DNA from: a virus
Direction: 5' to 3' (one strand)
DNA: 64,000 nt
Virus record (IMG/VR): IMGVR_UViG_3300045141_000294
Positions within the stretch are counted from its first letter, which is position 1. Every line of letters starts with the position of its first letter. Under the pieces are notes generated by a model. It was not told the origin of the DNA. It did not search any database and worked only from the letters and a program-made list of their open reading frames with translations. Positions 33,907-43,549 of the stretch are shown here, piece after piece. A program made the position numbers and the translations under genes.

Positions 33907-34260
33907 TCACCCGTCCGTCCACGGCATCTCCACAGAGGCGTCAGAGGCGTTGTCCCGCACGAAGTCGGACAGGGACTGGGTGCGATGCCCACGCACGATG
34001 CCGTCCCGGGAGTTCAGGTGGTCGTACCCGGCGTTCCTGACCCGGTGGTACAGGCCCTTGCGGGTCGAGGGGTCCGGTACCCCGATGGCGTTGTACACCT
34101 CGCGGTTGCGCCGGTCCTGCTCCTTCCAGGGGGTCAGGATGTCTGACTTCTCAGCCATCGAGGTGACCCCCTCCAGAGACTTGCGGATCATCTCGTTGGC
34201 CACGTCCTCCAGGGGCTTGTGCACCCCGAACCTGATGATCCCGGAGCCGTCGCCGGTCAT
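33907..34260 (-). CDS. hypothetical protein
   Basis: Coupled ATG. Confidence 0.6.
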   Translation of the reverse strand: MTGDGSGIIRFGVHKPLEDVANEMIRKSLEGVTSMAEKSDILTPWKEQDRRNREVYNAIGVPDPSTRKGLYHRVRNAGYDHLNSRDGIVRGHRTQSLSDFVRDNASDASVEMPWTDG

Positions 34261-34613
34261 GAGGCATCCACCAGGTCCTCGTGGAACTTGGGCAGCAGCC
34301 CGGCCTCGATCATGGTGACCAGCCGCTTGAGCCCGTTGTTGGCGTACGTCGAGACCGGGGTGGACTCCTGGATGCCCATCATCCTGGCGGCCTCGCGCTC
34401 CTTCATGTTCGCGTACAGGCACAGTTCGATGGCCTGTTGCTGGCGCGGTGAGAGACGGGTCCGGCAGGAGTACAGGTACTGGAGGTCCCAGACCGTCCAG
34501 TCGCGCCCGTCGGGTGCTCGGAGGGTGTTGAGGCCCTCGGCCTCGTACAGCGCCTCGAACGATTGGAGGTTGCGGAACAGAGCCCTCAGCACTGCGATGT
34601 CGATCGACGCCAC
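34257..34613 (-). CDS. sigma-70 region-4-like HTH protein
   Basis: LSPRQQQAIELCLYANMKEREAARMMGI; no region 2. Confidence 0.7.
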   Translation of the reverse strand: MASIDIAVLRALFRNLQSFEALYEAEGLNTLRAPDGRDWTVWDLQYLYSCRTRLSPRQQQAIELCLYANMKEREAARMMGIQESTPVSTYANNGLKRLVTMIEAGLLPKFHEDLVDAS

Positions 34614-34743
34614 CTACACCATCTGACGCCCTTCTCTGGCCCACCGAGACCAAGCAACCCTGTAGTCGGACTGCAACAGGCGTGGCTCCCGTTCCGGACA
34701 TGCTAGCCCCAGAAAGGTAGGTGCCAGCAAGGAGGCTCGTCAG

Positions 34744-35445
34744 TCAGCGGGTGTAGAGGCTGTCCTTGAGCCGCTGCTGGATGCGGTCCATCGAGCGGAC
34801 GAGCGCGTCTGCCTTGCGACTGTAGAGCGACTGGAACAACGCGAAGTAGCGCTCCTCACGGGACTTCCCGCGAGCCCGCTGGGTCATCGCCTCGTCGGTC
34901 TTCCGGCCACCCTCGGAGGTGTCCAGGAACGTGTCGGCGAACTTCTCCTCCCACTGGGCCTTGGCGAACATGGCCTGACCCCAGGCATCGGCTGCGGCCT
35001 GTTCCCAGGCGAACATGCAACCGATGATCTGGAACATGAACTGCTCCCGCTCCTTGATGCCCAGCCGGGAGTAGTCCTCGATGTACCGGCCCGACTCGGT
35101 GGTCTCCCAGACCGGGAACCCGTGCCGGTCGTAGAGCAACTCCCCGGTCTCGGAAGAGGCCTTGTGCTGGCGCACGATGCCGTAGATGTCGTTCATGATC
35201 TTGTAGGCGTCGGTGAAGTTCACCGCCACCCGATCGTCGGCGTAGGTGAGCACCGACCTGATCACCGTGGCGTCCTTGTCGTGCCAGTCCAGCCGCATCC
35301 GTGCGAAGCCCGGGGTCCGCATCTCCTTGGTGCGGTCGTCGGGTATCTCGGCCTCCATCGGCCTGTCCTCGTTGGCCGAGGACCTCTCCATGGCGGCCTC
35401 GGCTGCCTTCAACCTCTCCTGGCTGGGCTCGGTGGACTCATCCAT
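34744..35445 (-). CDS. hypothetical helical protein
   Basis: Long coupled ORF. Confidence 0.7.
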   Translation of the reverse strand: MDESTEPSQERLKAAEAAMERSSANEDRPMEAEIPDDRTKEMRTPGFARMRLDWHDKDATVIRSVLTYADDRVAVNFTDAYKIMNDIYGIVRQHKASSETGELLYDRHGFPVWETTESGRYIEDYSRLGIKEREQFMFQIIGCMFAWEQAAADAWGQAMFAKAQWEEKFADTFLDTSEGGRKTDEAMTQRARGKSREERYFALFQSLYSRKADALVRSMDRIQQRLKDSLYTR

Positions 35446-36055
35446 TGCGCTCCCTCCCGTGCAGCCAGGTCAGGGCCAGCCCGGCAGCATCGTGCACGTC
35501 CTGGGTCCACCTCTCGGTCTCCCGCATGAAGGCCGGGACCAGCCTGGTGACGACCCTGGTCATCGCCCGCTTCTGGTTGTGCCGGTCCCCGGTCAGCAGG
35601 GCGTACGCCGCCTGCCGGTTGACCATCACGACCGGGATGTCGTAGGACTTCGCCACTCGACGAATCTCCCGGGCGGCCATCAGCGAGGACTCCAACCGGT
35701 GTCCCCGAACCGCTGGCATCTCGTGCACGATCACGTCGGGCCGGGCTTCGGTCTCGGCGAAGCGACCGACCACCCGGTCGATCTTCTCGGCCAGCACCTC
35801 GGCCTTGGCGAAGGTCCGCTCGAAGCCGTCCAGCCGGTAGTGGACCTCCGGGACCAGGACGCCCCCGGCGTAGATGCCGAGGCCGTCACAGGCCTGGTCG
35901 TACCCCAGCAGCACCCACCCGGTCTTGGTCAGAGTCTGGTCGAAGGCCAGTGCCCTGCCGAAGCCGAAGTCGAAGGCGTACGGCGCCACCCAGACCTTCT
36001 TCTTGCCGGGCTTGGGCTCCTTCACCCTGGCCCGCAGTTCATCCAGGCTCGCCAT
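35438..36055 (-). CDS. ruvC: RuvC-like Holliday junction resolvase
   Basis: LAFDQTLTKTGW, VHEMP, DVHDA catalytic pattern. Confidence 0.75.
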   Translation of the reverse strand: MASLDELRARVKEPKPGKKKVWVAPYAFDFGFGRALAFDQTLTKTGWVLLGYDQACDGLGIYAGGVLVPEVHYRLDGFERTFAKAEVLAEKIDRVVGRFAETEARPDVIVHEMPAVRGHRLESSLMAAREIRRVAKSYDIPVVMVNRQAAYALLTGDRHNQKRAMTRVVTRLVPAFMRETERWTQDVHDAAGLALTWLHGRERNG

Positions 36056-36888
36056 CACAGCCTCCCCACCGGGCACACGCCCCGGGCTGGGCAGGTCTTG
36101 GCCATGTCGGACCTGGGGGCACAGCAGGGCTCCGGCAGCACCTCCAAGGTCGCCATCTCCCGGACCCTGCGGTACTTGGCCTTCTGCTCGATCATGAAGC
36201 CGTGGTCATAGGGGATCGCTATCTCCACCAACTTGAACGGAAAGGTCGGGATGCAGAACAGCAGAATGCACATCGCCATCCCGGTCATGTCGAGATAGTC
36301 CTGGACCTGGGCGTAGTAGTCGAGGTGCCTTGTCTTGAGCCATTCCAGGTTGTTATCGGTCAGCCCGAAAGCGGCATTCGGGTTGATCGTCTTGAACTCG
36401 AACAGGCCCCGGCCCCAGTCGGCGGTGGTGGTCTGGAGGATGCCGTCGAGGTGACCCCGGCGCCCCAGCGTCTTGTCGATGGCGCCCCACTCGTCGCACT
36501 CGTCCGGGCCGGAGCCGTGCGGTCTCCCGCAGGCCAGGCAGGTGCCTGTCGGCCTGATCAGCACCTCGGCGTCGTACATGCACTCCTGGATCAGTGAGTG
36601 CGCCCCGGTGCCCATCAGCATCGCCATCCGGTTCTCGTAGGCGATCTCCTCGGGGATCAACTTGTCCGGCTCGGTCAGGTAGTAGTACAACTGCCGCTCG
36701 CCCCACATCGGGTGGGTGGAGGGGTGGAAGAAGTCGTCCGGCTTCCGCTCCCTGCCCTCGTCGCGGTAGGTGACGGTGAAGACCCCGGGGAACTTCCCCT
36801 GGCGCAGGTAGGCCTCGACCAGGGGCTTGACCACCAGGCCGTCGGCCACCATCGAGGCCCAGCGCCGGAACTGCGGCGTGGTGTTCAT
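36055..36888 (-). CDS. Cas4/RecB-like PD-(D/E)xK exonuclease
   Basis: HPS..GT..H, GHLDG, FEFKT, Q.Q.Y, C-terminal C..C...C. Confidence 0.8.
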   Translation of the reverse strand: MNTTPQFRRWASMVADGLVVKPLVEAYLRQGKFPGVFTVTYRDEGRERKPDDFFHPSTHPMWGERQLYYYLTEPDKLIPEEIAYENRMAMLMGTGAHSLIQECMYDAEVLIRPTGTCLACGRPHGSGPDECDEWGAIDKTLGRRGHLDGILQTTTADWGRGLFEFKTINPNAAFGLTDNNLEWLKTRHLDYYAQVQDYLDMTGMAMCILLFCIPTFPFKLVEIAIPYDHGFMIEQKAKYRRVREMATLEVLPEPCCAPRSDMAKTCPARGVCPVGRL

Positions 36889-37274
36889 TCGGGACCCCCC
36901 TGGGCCTTGCGGGCGATCTCACGAAGCCGGTCGGAGTCCGCCAGCAGTTCGGCGAAGTCGTGGGCGTCGACCACCACCAGGTCCCGGAGCACGTCGAGTT
37001 TCTGGTTCTCGTCGCAGTAGAACCGCAGCGCCAGCATGGGCCGCTCGCCCCCGGCCTGCTCCCTGATCTTGTCCCACATCGCCAGGGACACGGTGCTCGA
37101 CTTGTGCATGGTCGACTTGCCGTCCCAGGCGAACGCGAACGGGACGTGCATCCGGCTGGTCCTGCCGTCAGCGGGGTTCTGCCACTGGTTTCCCGAGCCC
37201 CTGGTCTGGTGGCCACCCAGCAGGTCGGCCAGGAACTTCTCGTGGGCCTCGCCCATGTCGTGGTTGAGGCTCAC
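36885..37274 (-). CDS. PD-(D/E)xK nuclease, Hjc/resolvase-like
   Basis: E..LA..LGG..T.GSG..D...DGKST pattern. Confidence 0.65.
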   Translation of the reverse strand: MSLNHDMGEAHEKFLADLLGGHQTRGSGNQWQNPADGRTSRMHVPFAFAWDGKSTMHKSSTVSLAMWDKIREQAGGERPMLALRFYCDENQKLDVLRDLVVVDAHDFAELLADSDRLREIARKAQGGPE

Positions 37275-37612
37275 TGGCTCACCTGTCCGTAGGTCCTGGC
37301 GCAGAGCACGTCCATGCCCTGCTCGGGATGCTGGGGAATCGGCCACAGCAGCACCTTCTCGCCGACCGCGATCTGGTCGCCGTGGCAGGTGCAGTGCATG
37401 CTGCTCACCCCGCTGCGGGGGTGGTAGAGCATGTAGTGAGGCGGGTTGTCCGGGTCGATGGCCCGAGCCTCGTCCGGATCAAGGTCGATGTGCTCGATCA
37501 CCCGTGGTTGAGCGGGATTGGGCTTTCTCTGGCGCCGGGCCACCCAGACCCCAGCGAGCACCGACAGGCACCCCAGCACCACCCCCAGGAGGAAGAACCA
37601 CGCGCTGCTCAC
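37271..37612 (-). CDS. membrane-anchored hypothetical protein
   Basis: N-terminal TM helix; CTCH..C residues. Confidence 0.65.
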   Translation of the reverse strand: MSSAWFFLLGVVLGCLSVLAGVWVARRQRKPNPAQPRVIEHIDLDPDEARAIDPDNPPHYMLYHPRSGVSSMHCTCHGDQIAVGEKVLLWPIPQHPEQGMDVLCARTYGQVSQ

Positions 37613-38718
37613 GACGAGTGCTCCAGGACGACCTCTGTCTCCTCGTGCACGTCGCCGGACATGGTGGCGATCGCAGCCGTCCGGACCAGTTCCAGGTCAT
37701 CGGGGCACGAGCGCAGGTGGGCACCCAGTTTCTCCCGGCCCTGAATCCTGGTGCGCTTCTCCTGGCCCTTGGTCAGCGGCAGGTGGTACCAGCCGCCGCC
37801 CTGCTCGATCACCTCGGTGTAGAGGCCGATGGTGATCGCCTCGTCGGCCTTGTCGATGCCGACCGGGCCGTACTCCTTGGTGTCGGCGTTGATCAGGTAG
37901 AACTCACTGTTCTTGCCCTGCACGGCCACCTTGTTGCGGCTCACCCTGGCCCGGACCTTGCGCCCGATGGTGCTGTCCTCGGTGTCACCGGGAAGCCGGT
38001 ACCGGATCGGGTCGTCCATGGAGATGCCCATGTCCACCCGCATCGTGGTGGAGTACTTGAGCGCCTTCGGACCAGCCGAGATGTCGGAGCCCATGGGGTT
38101 GCTGATGTTGGCCCGGTACTGGTTGATCAGCAGCACCGCCGTCTGGCTCTTGCGGGCCAGCACCGCGCACTGCTTGACCATCCGGGTGATCACCTGGGCG
38201 TTGCGGCCCACCACCGAGTCCCCGGACTCCTTCTCGAAGGCCTGCTTGGACTCCATGCCACCGATCGAGTCGACCACCACCATCGAGAACAGCCCGGTCT
38301 CGATCTGCTTGCGGAGCACGTCGGCCACATCCTCGGAGTCGTCGGGGTAGATGTGGAACCACCGGTCCTTGGAGGTGTCCAGGCCGAGCGCCTCGGCCCA
38401 GTCGTAGTCGAAGGTCTGCTCCATGTCGATGTAGCCCACGGCCAGTTTCTTGTGCTGGCGCTGGGCCTCGACCATCGAGGAGATCGCCACGGTGGTCTTG
38501 CCGACCCCCTCCGGACCGACGACCTCGTGCAGGCGGCCACGGACCCAGCCGCCGACCCGGGTGGCCAGGTCCAAGGTGAGCGAGCCGGTGGAGATCACCT
38601 CGTACGGCACCACCTGGTCCCGGCGCACCACCTGCTTGCCGTAGGCCTTCTCCAGGTTGCCTCGCAACTGGGCCAGGCTCGACGCGGGAGCCGCGACCTT
38701 CTTCTTGGCTGTGGGCAT
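37609..38718 (-). CDS. recA: RecA-like recombinase
   Basis: ISTGSLTLD, GPEGVGKT, YIDMEQ, VVDSIGG, LINQYR; real start at ATG 38718 inside ORF 37609..40356. Confidence 0.92.
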   Translation of the reverse strand: MPTAKKKVAAPASSLAQLRGNLEKAYGKQVVRRDQVVPYEVISTGSLTLDLATRVGGWVRGRLHEVVGPEGVGKTTVAISSMVEAQRQHKKLAVGYIDMEQTFDYDWAEALGLDTSKDRWFHIYPDDSEDVADVLRKQIETGLFSMVVVDSIGGMESKQAFEKESGDSVVGRNAQVITRMVKQCAVLARKSQTAVLLINQYRANISNPMGSDISAGPKALKYSTTMRVDMGISMDDPIRYRLPGDTEDSTIGRKVRARVSRNKVAVQGKNSEFYLINADTKEYGPVGIDKADEAITIGLYTEVIEQGGGWYHLPLTKGQEKRTRIQGREKLGAHLRSCPDDLELVRTAAIATMSGDVHEETEVVLEHSS

Positions 38719-41700
38719 CAGTCTCTTCCCCTCGGGGTGTTGGCGTGCTGCAAGGTGAGTCCCTTGGCGTTCTGCTGGACCTCGAACAGTCGCAGGGAGC
38801 CCAGCGTGATCAGGTGCTTGTAGGACTGCCAGGCCTTGGAGAAGACGGTCACGTCGAGTTCTCCGCGCTCGGTGGCCACCCCCAGGAAGGCCATCTGGTT
38901 GCCGTTGCGGTCGGTGTGCTTGCGGACCTTGTTGATGGCCACCGCCAGCACGAAGTTGTCCTCCCCGCCCTCCTCCATCCGGTCGGCCTCGGCCAGTGCC
39001 ACCTGGCGCCAGTCGTCGGGCATCTGGTCGAAGACCGTGGAGGACAGGTGGACCTTGAGCACCTCCATCTCGATGTTGCGGATGTCCTCGTCGGTGTAGG
39101 GCTCGATGGTCAGCAGGTTGACCGGCTCCGGCGCCGTGTACTGGCGGCAGGCCTTGGTGCAGCGCTTCGGGATCGGCTTGGCCTTGAGGGTCTTGCCGGT
39201 GCGGGGGTTGACCGGCACCGGCTCGCTCTCCCAGGGGAACGTGCAGACCCCCTGGGGTCCGGTCCCGCACTCCAGGTCCTTCCAGGCGCACTGGGTCGAA
39301 GCGCCGGTCTTCTCCATCAGCAGCAGGGTCTCCAGGCCACGCCGGTTGGGCAGCATCGTGTCGAAGGCGCCGATCTTGGCCAGGGTCGCCACCACCCCGG
39401 AGTGGACCCCTGAGCGGTCCCGGAAGTCCTCGTAGGAGGCGTACGGCTGACCAGCGATGATCGAGTTGGCGGCAGCCACCCCGATCCCTCCGATGGCCTC
39501 CAGCCCGTACCGCACCGAGAGCCCCTGGCAGGTGAAGGACCGGCCCGACTCGTTGACATCGGGCGGCAGGATCGCCAGCCCCATCTGGCGGGCCTCGTTG
39601 ATGAACTCCGGCACCCGGTCGTTGGGCGCCGTAGACATCACCGAGGTGTAGAACTCCACCGGGTAGTGGACCTTGAGCCAGGCCGTCCAGTAGGCCAGCA
39701 CCGCGTAGCCGAAGGCGTGGGCTCGGTTGAAGGAGTACCGGGCGAACTCGGCCATCTGCGACCACAGGGCGTCGGCGGCCTCCCGGGTCATGCCGTTCTC
39801 GACGCAGCCCTGGACGAACTCCCGGCCCGCCTCGATCACCTTCTCGACCTTCTTCTTGCCGAGGATCGAGCGCACCTCGTCGGCCTTGGTGGAGTCGTAA
39901 CCGGCCAGGAGCATCGTGGTCTGCATCACGTCCTCCTGGTAGATCATGCAGCCGTAGGTCCGGGCCAGGACCTTCTCCAGCCGGGGGTCGGGGTAGGTGA
40001 TCGGCGCCAGCCCGGCCCGGCGCTCCAGGTACAACTTGGTCAGCCCGGACCGCTTGGGGCCGGGGCGGACCAGGGACTGCACGTCGGCGAACTCGTTGAG
40101 GTTGGCCGGACGCATCTGCTTCATCAGCCGGGTGCCGGATGGTGTCTCGACCTGGAACACCCCGAGCGTGTGACCGTCGCTGAGGGCCTCCCAGACCTGG
40201 GGGTCCTGGTACTCCTCCTTCCAGTCGTCCATGTCGATCTCGTGACCCCGGTTGACCTTGATCAGGTCGACGGTGGTCTGGATGGTGTCCAGGGTGCGCA
40301 GGGTGAGCAGGTCCCACTTGACGTAGCCCAGGGCCTCCAGGGCGGTCATCCCCCACTGGGTGATCATCTGGCCGTCCTCAGAGTCCCGGAGCGGCAGGGA
40401 GTCGATCAGCGACTCGTCGGAGGCGATCAGCCCGGCTGGATGCTTGCCGTAGGACTTGAGGATGCCGACCAGTTTCCCGGCCATCTCGAACAGGTCGGGG
40501 TACTTGTCGGCGTACGGCTGGAGGACCTCACCCTCCTGCGCCCATAGTTCGTCCCAGGACAGCCCGAGCCCGGCAGTGGTGATCTCGGCCTCGGTGATGA
40601 TCTTGGCGACCTCCTCCAGGTCCTTCCAGGCGGTCTCCGGCAACTGGGCCTTCATGGCCCGGCCCAGGTCCTTGACGATGCCCTTGTTCTTGAGCCGCAG
40701 GTGGGTGCCGACCCGGGCCACATGCTCCTCGCCGTAGCGGTGGGTGATGTAGTCCTGGACCCGGTGCCTCCAGGTGGTGGGGAAGTCGATGTCGAAGTCC
40801 GGCAGCGCGGTACGGCCCTCGGTCATGAACCGCTCGAACAGCAGCCCGGCGTCGATCGGGTCGATGCCGACGATCCGGGCCAGGTAGGCCACCAGGGAGC
40901 CACCGCCCGAGCCCCGGCCCGGACCGACCCGGCAGCCCTCGGCCTTCATCGCGTTCACGTAGTCGGCGACCTGGAGGAAGTACCCGCAGTAGCCCTTGCG
41001 GACGATCATCGGGAACTCGTGCTCGAACCGGGCGATGGCCTCGTCCTGGGTGTAGCCCTTGCCCTGGGTCAGGTGCCAGTTGGACATGCACAGGTCGAGC
41101 AGCCGCTCCTCGTCCTTGGCCTGCCGCTCCTCCTCGGTCAGCGAGGAGTCCCGGGTGAAGATCGGGATGGTCTGCTTGGCCTCGATCCGGGCCGTGCAGC
41201 GGTTGGCGATCGCGGTGGTGGTCACGACCGCCTGGTCGACCTGCTCGGGCGTCAGGGAGCGCTCCAGGCCCTTGCGGACCTCCACCTCGGACTGCACGAA
41301 CAGCCCCAGGTCGTGGGAGAACAGGTCACCCTCGTCCATGTCATCGCTGGTGCGGACCGCGACCCAGGCCTTGTGCTCGGGTCGGGCGTCCTCGGTGGGG
41401 TAGTGGGAGTCGACGGTGGCCACCAGGGGCAGCCGGTACTCCAGGGCGAAGGCCGCCAACGCCTTGTTCACGGTGACCTGCTCAGGCAGGTCGTTGGGCA
41501 TCACCTCCAGGTAGAGCCGGTCGCCGAAGATGTCCATCAGGCGCCCCAGGTTGGCCCGTGCGGTGCTCAGGTCGCCGTCGAGGATCGGCACCGACAGCGG
41601 ACCGCGCAGGCAGCCGGTGAGGCAGATCATCCCCTCGGCATGACGCTGGAGGGTGTCCCAGTCCATCCGGGGCACCTGGTACTTGCCGTCCCGGTAGGAC

Positions 41701-42479
41701 TCGGTGGAACTTGCCCAGATGTTGCGCAGCCCGGTGTCGTCCATGGCGAGCAGGGTCAGGTGGAAGTAGCCGTACCGGACCTCCTTCTCGTCGGTGACCC
41801 GGGTCAGGGTCTTCTTGCGCTGCTCGACGGTCAGGCTGGCCAGGGTCTCCTCGGTGACCCGGTGGCCGTCGCCGTCCTCCCACCACTCCGCAGCACGGCG
41901 GTGCCGGTCGTGGACGAAGTAGGCCTCGATCCCGAAGATGCCCCTGATCCCGGCCCGGTCGGCCTCGATCTGGAGTTCGGGGTGACCGAAGCAGCCGCCG
42001 TGGTCGGTCAGGGCCACGGCATGCTGGCCGTGCCGGACCACCTCCGGGATGATCTCGGTGACCCGGCTCCTGCCGTCCATCGGGCTGTACTCGGAATGGG
42101 TGTGGAGGTGCACGAACCCGGTGACCGGGGGGACACTGGAGAGTTCGTCCTGTAGGAGGTCGAGGTACGCCGGGAAGACGGGGGTCTCCCGCCAGCCACG
42201 CGCCAGGTGGTAGGCCCCCGTCGTCTCCTCGCGAAGGTCCAGGAAGTCCTCGACGAGGATCGAGCCCCAGGCCCCCGGCATCGGTGCGGCCAGAGCCACG
42301 GCGCCAGCAGCGACAGCCCTGGCGTAGTGGCCGGGACTGATCGTGCCGAACGTGGGCGCCAGGTACCAGCGGAGCCCGTCCTCGTCCTCGATCAGGCTGT
42401 CGACTGGGACCGTCCGGCCCCCGATGTGGGCACCCTCGTCACCGGTGCCGTAGACCTCGATGAGCGTGTACGTCATCAA
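38718..42479 (-). CDS. dnaE: DNA polymerase III alpha subunit (DnaE-like)
   Basis: PHP HLHTHSEYS, GPGRGSGGGS, PDFDID, GKHPAG, YSFNRAHA, C-terminal OB fold. Confidence 0.95.
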   Translation of the reverse strand: MMTYTLIEVYGTGDEGAHIGGRTVPVDSLIEDEDGLRWYLAPTFGTISPGHYARAVAAGAVALAAPMPGAWGSILVEDFLDLREETTGAYHLARGWRETPVFPAYLDLLQDELSSVPPVTGFVHLHTHSEYSPMDGRSRVTEIIPEVVRHGQHAVALTDHGGCFGHPELQIEADRAGIRGIFGIEAYFVHDRHRRAAEWWEDGDGHRVTEETLASLTVEQRKKTLTRVTDEKEVRYGYFHLTLLAMDDTGLRNIWASSTESYRDGKYQVPRMDWDTLQRHAEGMICLTGCLRGPLSVPILDGDLSTARANLGRLMDIFGDRLYLEVMPNDLPEQVTVNKALAAFALEYRLPLVATVDSHYPTEDARPEHKAWVAVRTSDDMDEGDLFSHDLGLFVQSEVEVRKGLERSLTPEQVDQAVVTTTAIANRCTARIEAKQTIPIFTRDSSLTEEERQAKDEERLLDLCMSNWHLTQGKGYTQDEAIARFEHEFPMIVRKGYCGYFLQVADYVNAMKAEGCRVGPGRGSGGGSLVAYLARIVGIDPIDAGLLFERFMTEGRTALPDFDIDFPTTWRHRVQDYITHRYGEEHVARVGTHLRLKNKGIVKDLGRAMKAQLPETAWKDLEEVAKIITEAEITTAGLGLSWDELWAQEGEVLQPYADKYPDLFEMAGKLVGILKSYGKHPAGLIASDESLIDSLPLRDSEDGQMITQWGMTALEALGYVKWDLLTLRTLDTIQTTVDLIKVNRGHEIDMDDWKEEYQDPQVWEALSDGHTLGVFQVETPSGTRLMKQMRPANLNEFADVQSLVRPGPKRSGLTKLYLERRAGLAPITYPDPRLEKVLARTYGCMIYQEDVMQTTMLLAGYDSTKADEVRSILGKKKVEKVIEAGREFVQGCVENGMTREAADALWSQMAEFARYSFNRAHAFGYAVLAYWTAWLKVHYPVEFYTSVMSTAPNDRVPEFINEARQMGLAILPPDVNESGRSFTCQGLSVRYGLEAIGGIGVAAANSIIAGQPYASYEDFRDRSGVHSGVVATLAKIGAFDTMLPNRRGLETLLLMEKTGASTQCAWKDLECGTGPQGVCTFPWESEPVPVNPRTGKTLKAKPIPKRCTKACRQYTAPEPVNLLTIEPYTDEDIRNIEMEVLKVHLSSTVFDQMPDDWRQVALAEADRMEEGGEDNFVLAVAINKVRKHTDRNGNQMAFLGVATERGELDVTVFSKAWQSYKHLITLGSLRLFEVQQNAKGLTLQHANTPRGRD

Positions 42480-42550
42480 CCCCTCCTGGGCTGATCACCC
42501 CTCTGGCCCTGGCCCAAACATGGAAGAGCCAGAGGGGCAGCCTCCTGGGC

Positions 42551-43549
42551 CTAGTCCACGTCCGAGAGGGTGGCTGCTCCAGCGTGACCCCGGACACGGG
42601 CACGCATCGCAGCCAACTTGTCCTCGTCCACGGCGTCGGCAGGAGTCTCGGGCACGTCGGGGGCGCTGGACGGCGCCGTCCCGTTCGAGGAGGAGGCCTG
42701 GGACTTGCTCGGGTCGAAGAAGCGACCGTAGTACTCGTCGCTGGCCCGATGGGCGATCATCTCGTTCAGGTCGAGGTGCTGGGCCGCGATCGCTGGCGGG
42801 TACTTCTCCAGCCAGCGCTCGGTGGCCGGGATCTGCTCGCCCTTGTTGTTGGTGTACGCACCGTGCAGGCTGGGCGTGGGGTCCAGCGGGATGTGGGTGT
42901 ACACGGTGCTGGTGCCGGTACCGGAGCGCCGGACCACGTAGTCGCGGTCGCAGACCGTACGGTAGATCGCGAACAGCGAGTTGAGCCCGGTGAAGTAGTT
43001 GCTGGGAGCCATGTTCACCACGACGATCCGGGGCTCCAGGATGGTCTTGCCGGTCTCCTTGCCCTCGGCGTCACGCTCGGCGATCTCCCGGGTCTGGTCG
43101 CGGTAGCCGAGCCGCTGGCCGACCTGCTCGGCGGTGATCTCACCGGCGTCGACCATGGCCTGGTTGCCGATGACCTCCTCGCGGATGACGGCCAGAGCCC
43201 ACTCGCGGGGCGTGGCCTTGATGACCTTGCCGAACTGGCTCTTGATCTCGTTGTCGTCGACGTAGCAGTCCTTGTAGGCACCGCCGAAGGCGCTGTCGTA
43301 GCGGCAGACAGCGGGCATCGAGGTGGGCCAGTTGCCCTCGACATCGGCGGGCTTGGCCTTGGTCGGCACCGAGGCGTGCTGGTCGACGACGATCCACTCG
43401 GGGCTGTCGGTGAGGTACCGGAGTACCTCCTGCTTGCCATCCTCAATCTTGAGGAACTCGATGCGGGCGAACCCGCCGCCGCTGGACTTAGCGGCCTCGT
43501 CGCCAACGTCTCCACCCTTGCGGAAGTTGGGCTGTGCAGTCGTGCTCAT
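42551..43549 (-). CDS. ssb: single-stranded DNA-binding protein (gp32-like), internal in-frame start
   Basis: RYLTD..W..VDQH, RDYVVRRSGTG.ST.Y, acidic tail; SD caggtg before ATG 43549; position in the replication operon. Confidence 0.7.
   Translation of the reverse strand: MSTTAQPNFRKGGDVGDEAAKSSGGGFARIEFLKIEDGKQEVLRYLTDSPEWIVVDQHASVPTKAKPADVEGNWPTSMPAVCRYDSAFGGAYKDCYVDDNEIKSQFGKVIKATPREWALAVIREEVIGNQAMVDAGEITAEQVGQRLGYRDQTREIAERDAEGKETGKTILEPRIVVVNMAPSNYFTGLNSLFAIYRTVCDRDYVVRRSGTGTSTVYTHIPLDPTPSLHGAYTNNKGEQIPATERWLEKYPPAIAAQHLDLNEMIAHRASDEYYGRFFDPSKSQASSSNGTAPSSAPDVPETPADAVDEDKLAAMRARVRGHAGAATLSDVD

Noticed and set aside
36055-36888. Cas4 as evidence of a CRISPR system
   Set aside because: No repeat-spacer array or other cas genes were seen; solo Cas4-like nucleases are common in phage recombination modules
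38719-40356. Apparent 545-aa N-terminal extension of RecA (ORF 37609..40356)
   Set aside because: It is an alternative frame over dnaE with low-complexity R/G/P content; RecA starts at ATG 38718, coupled to the dnaE stop
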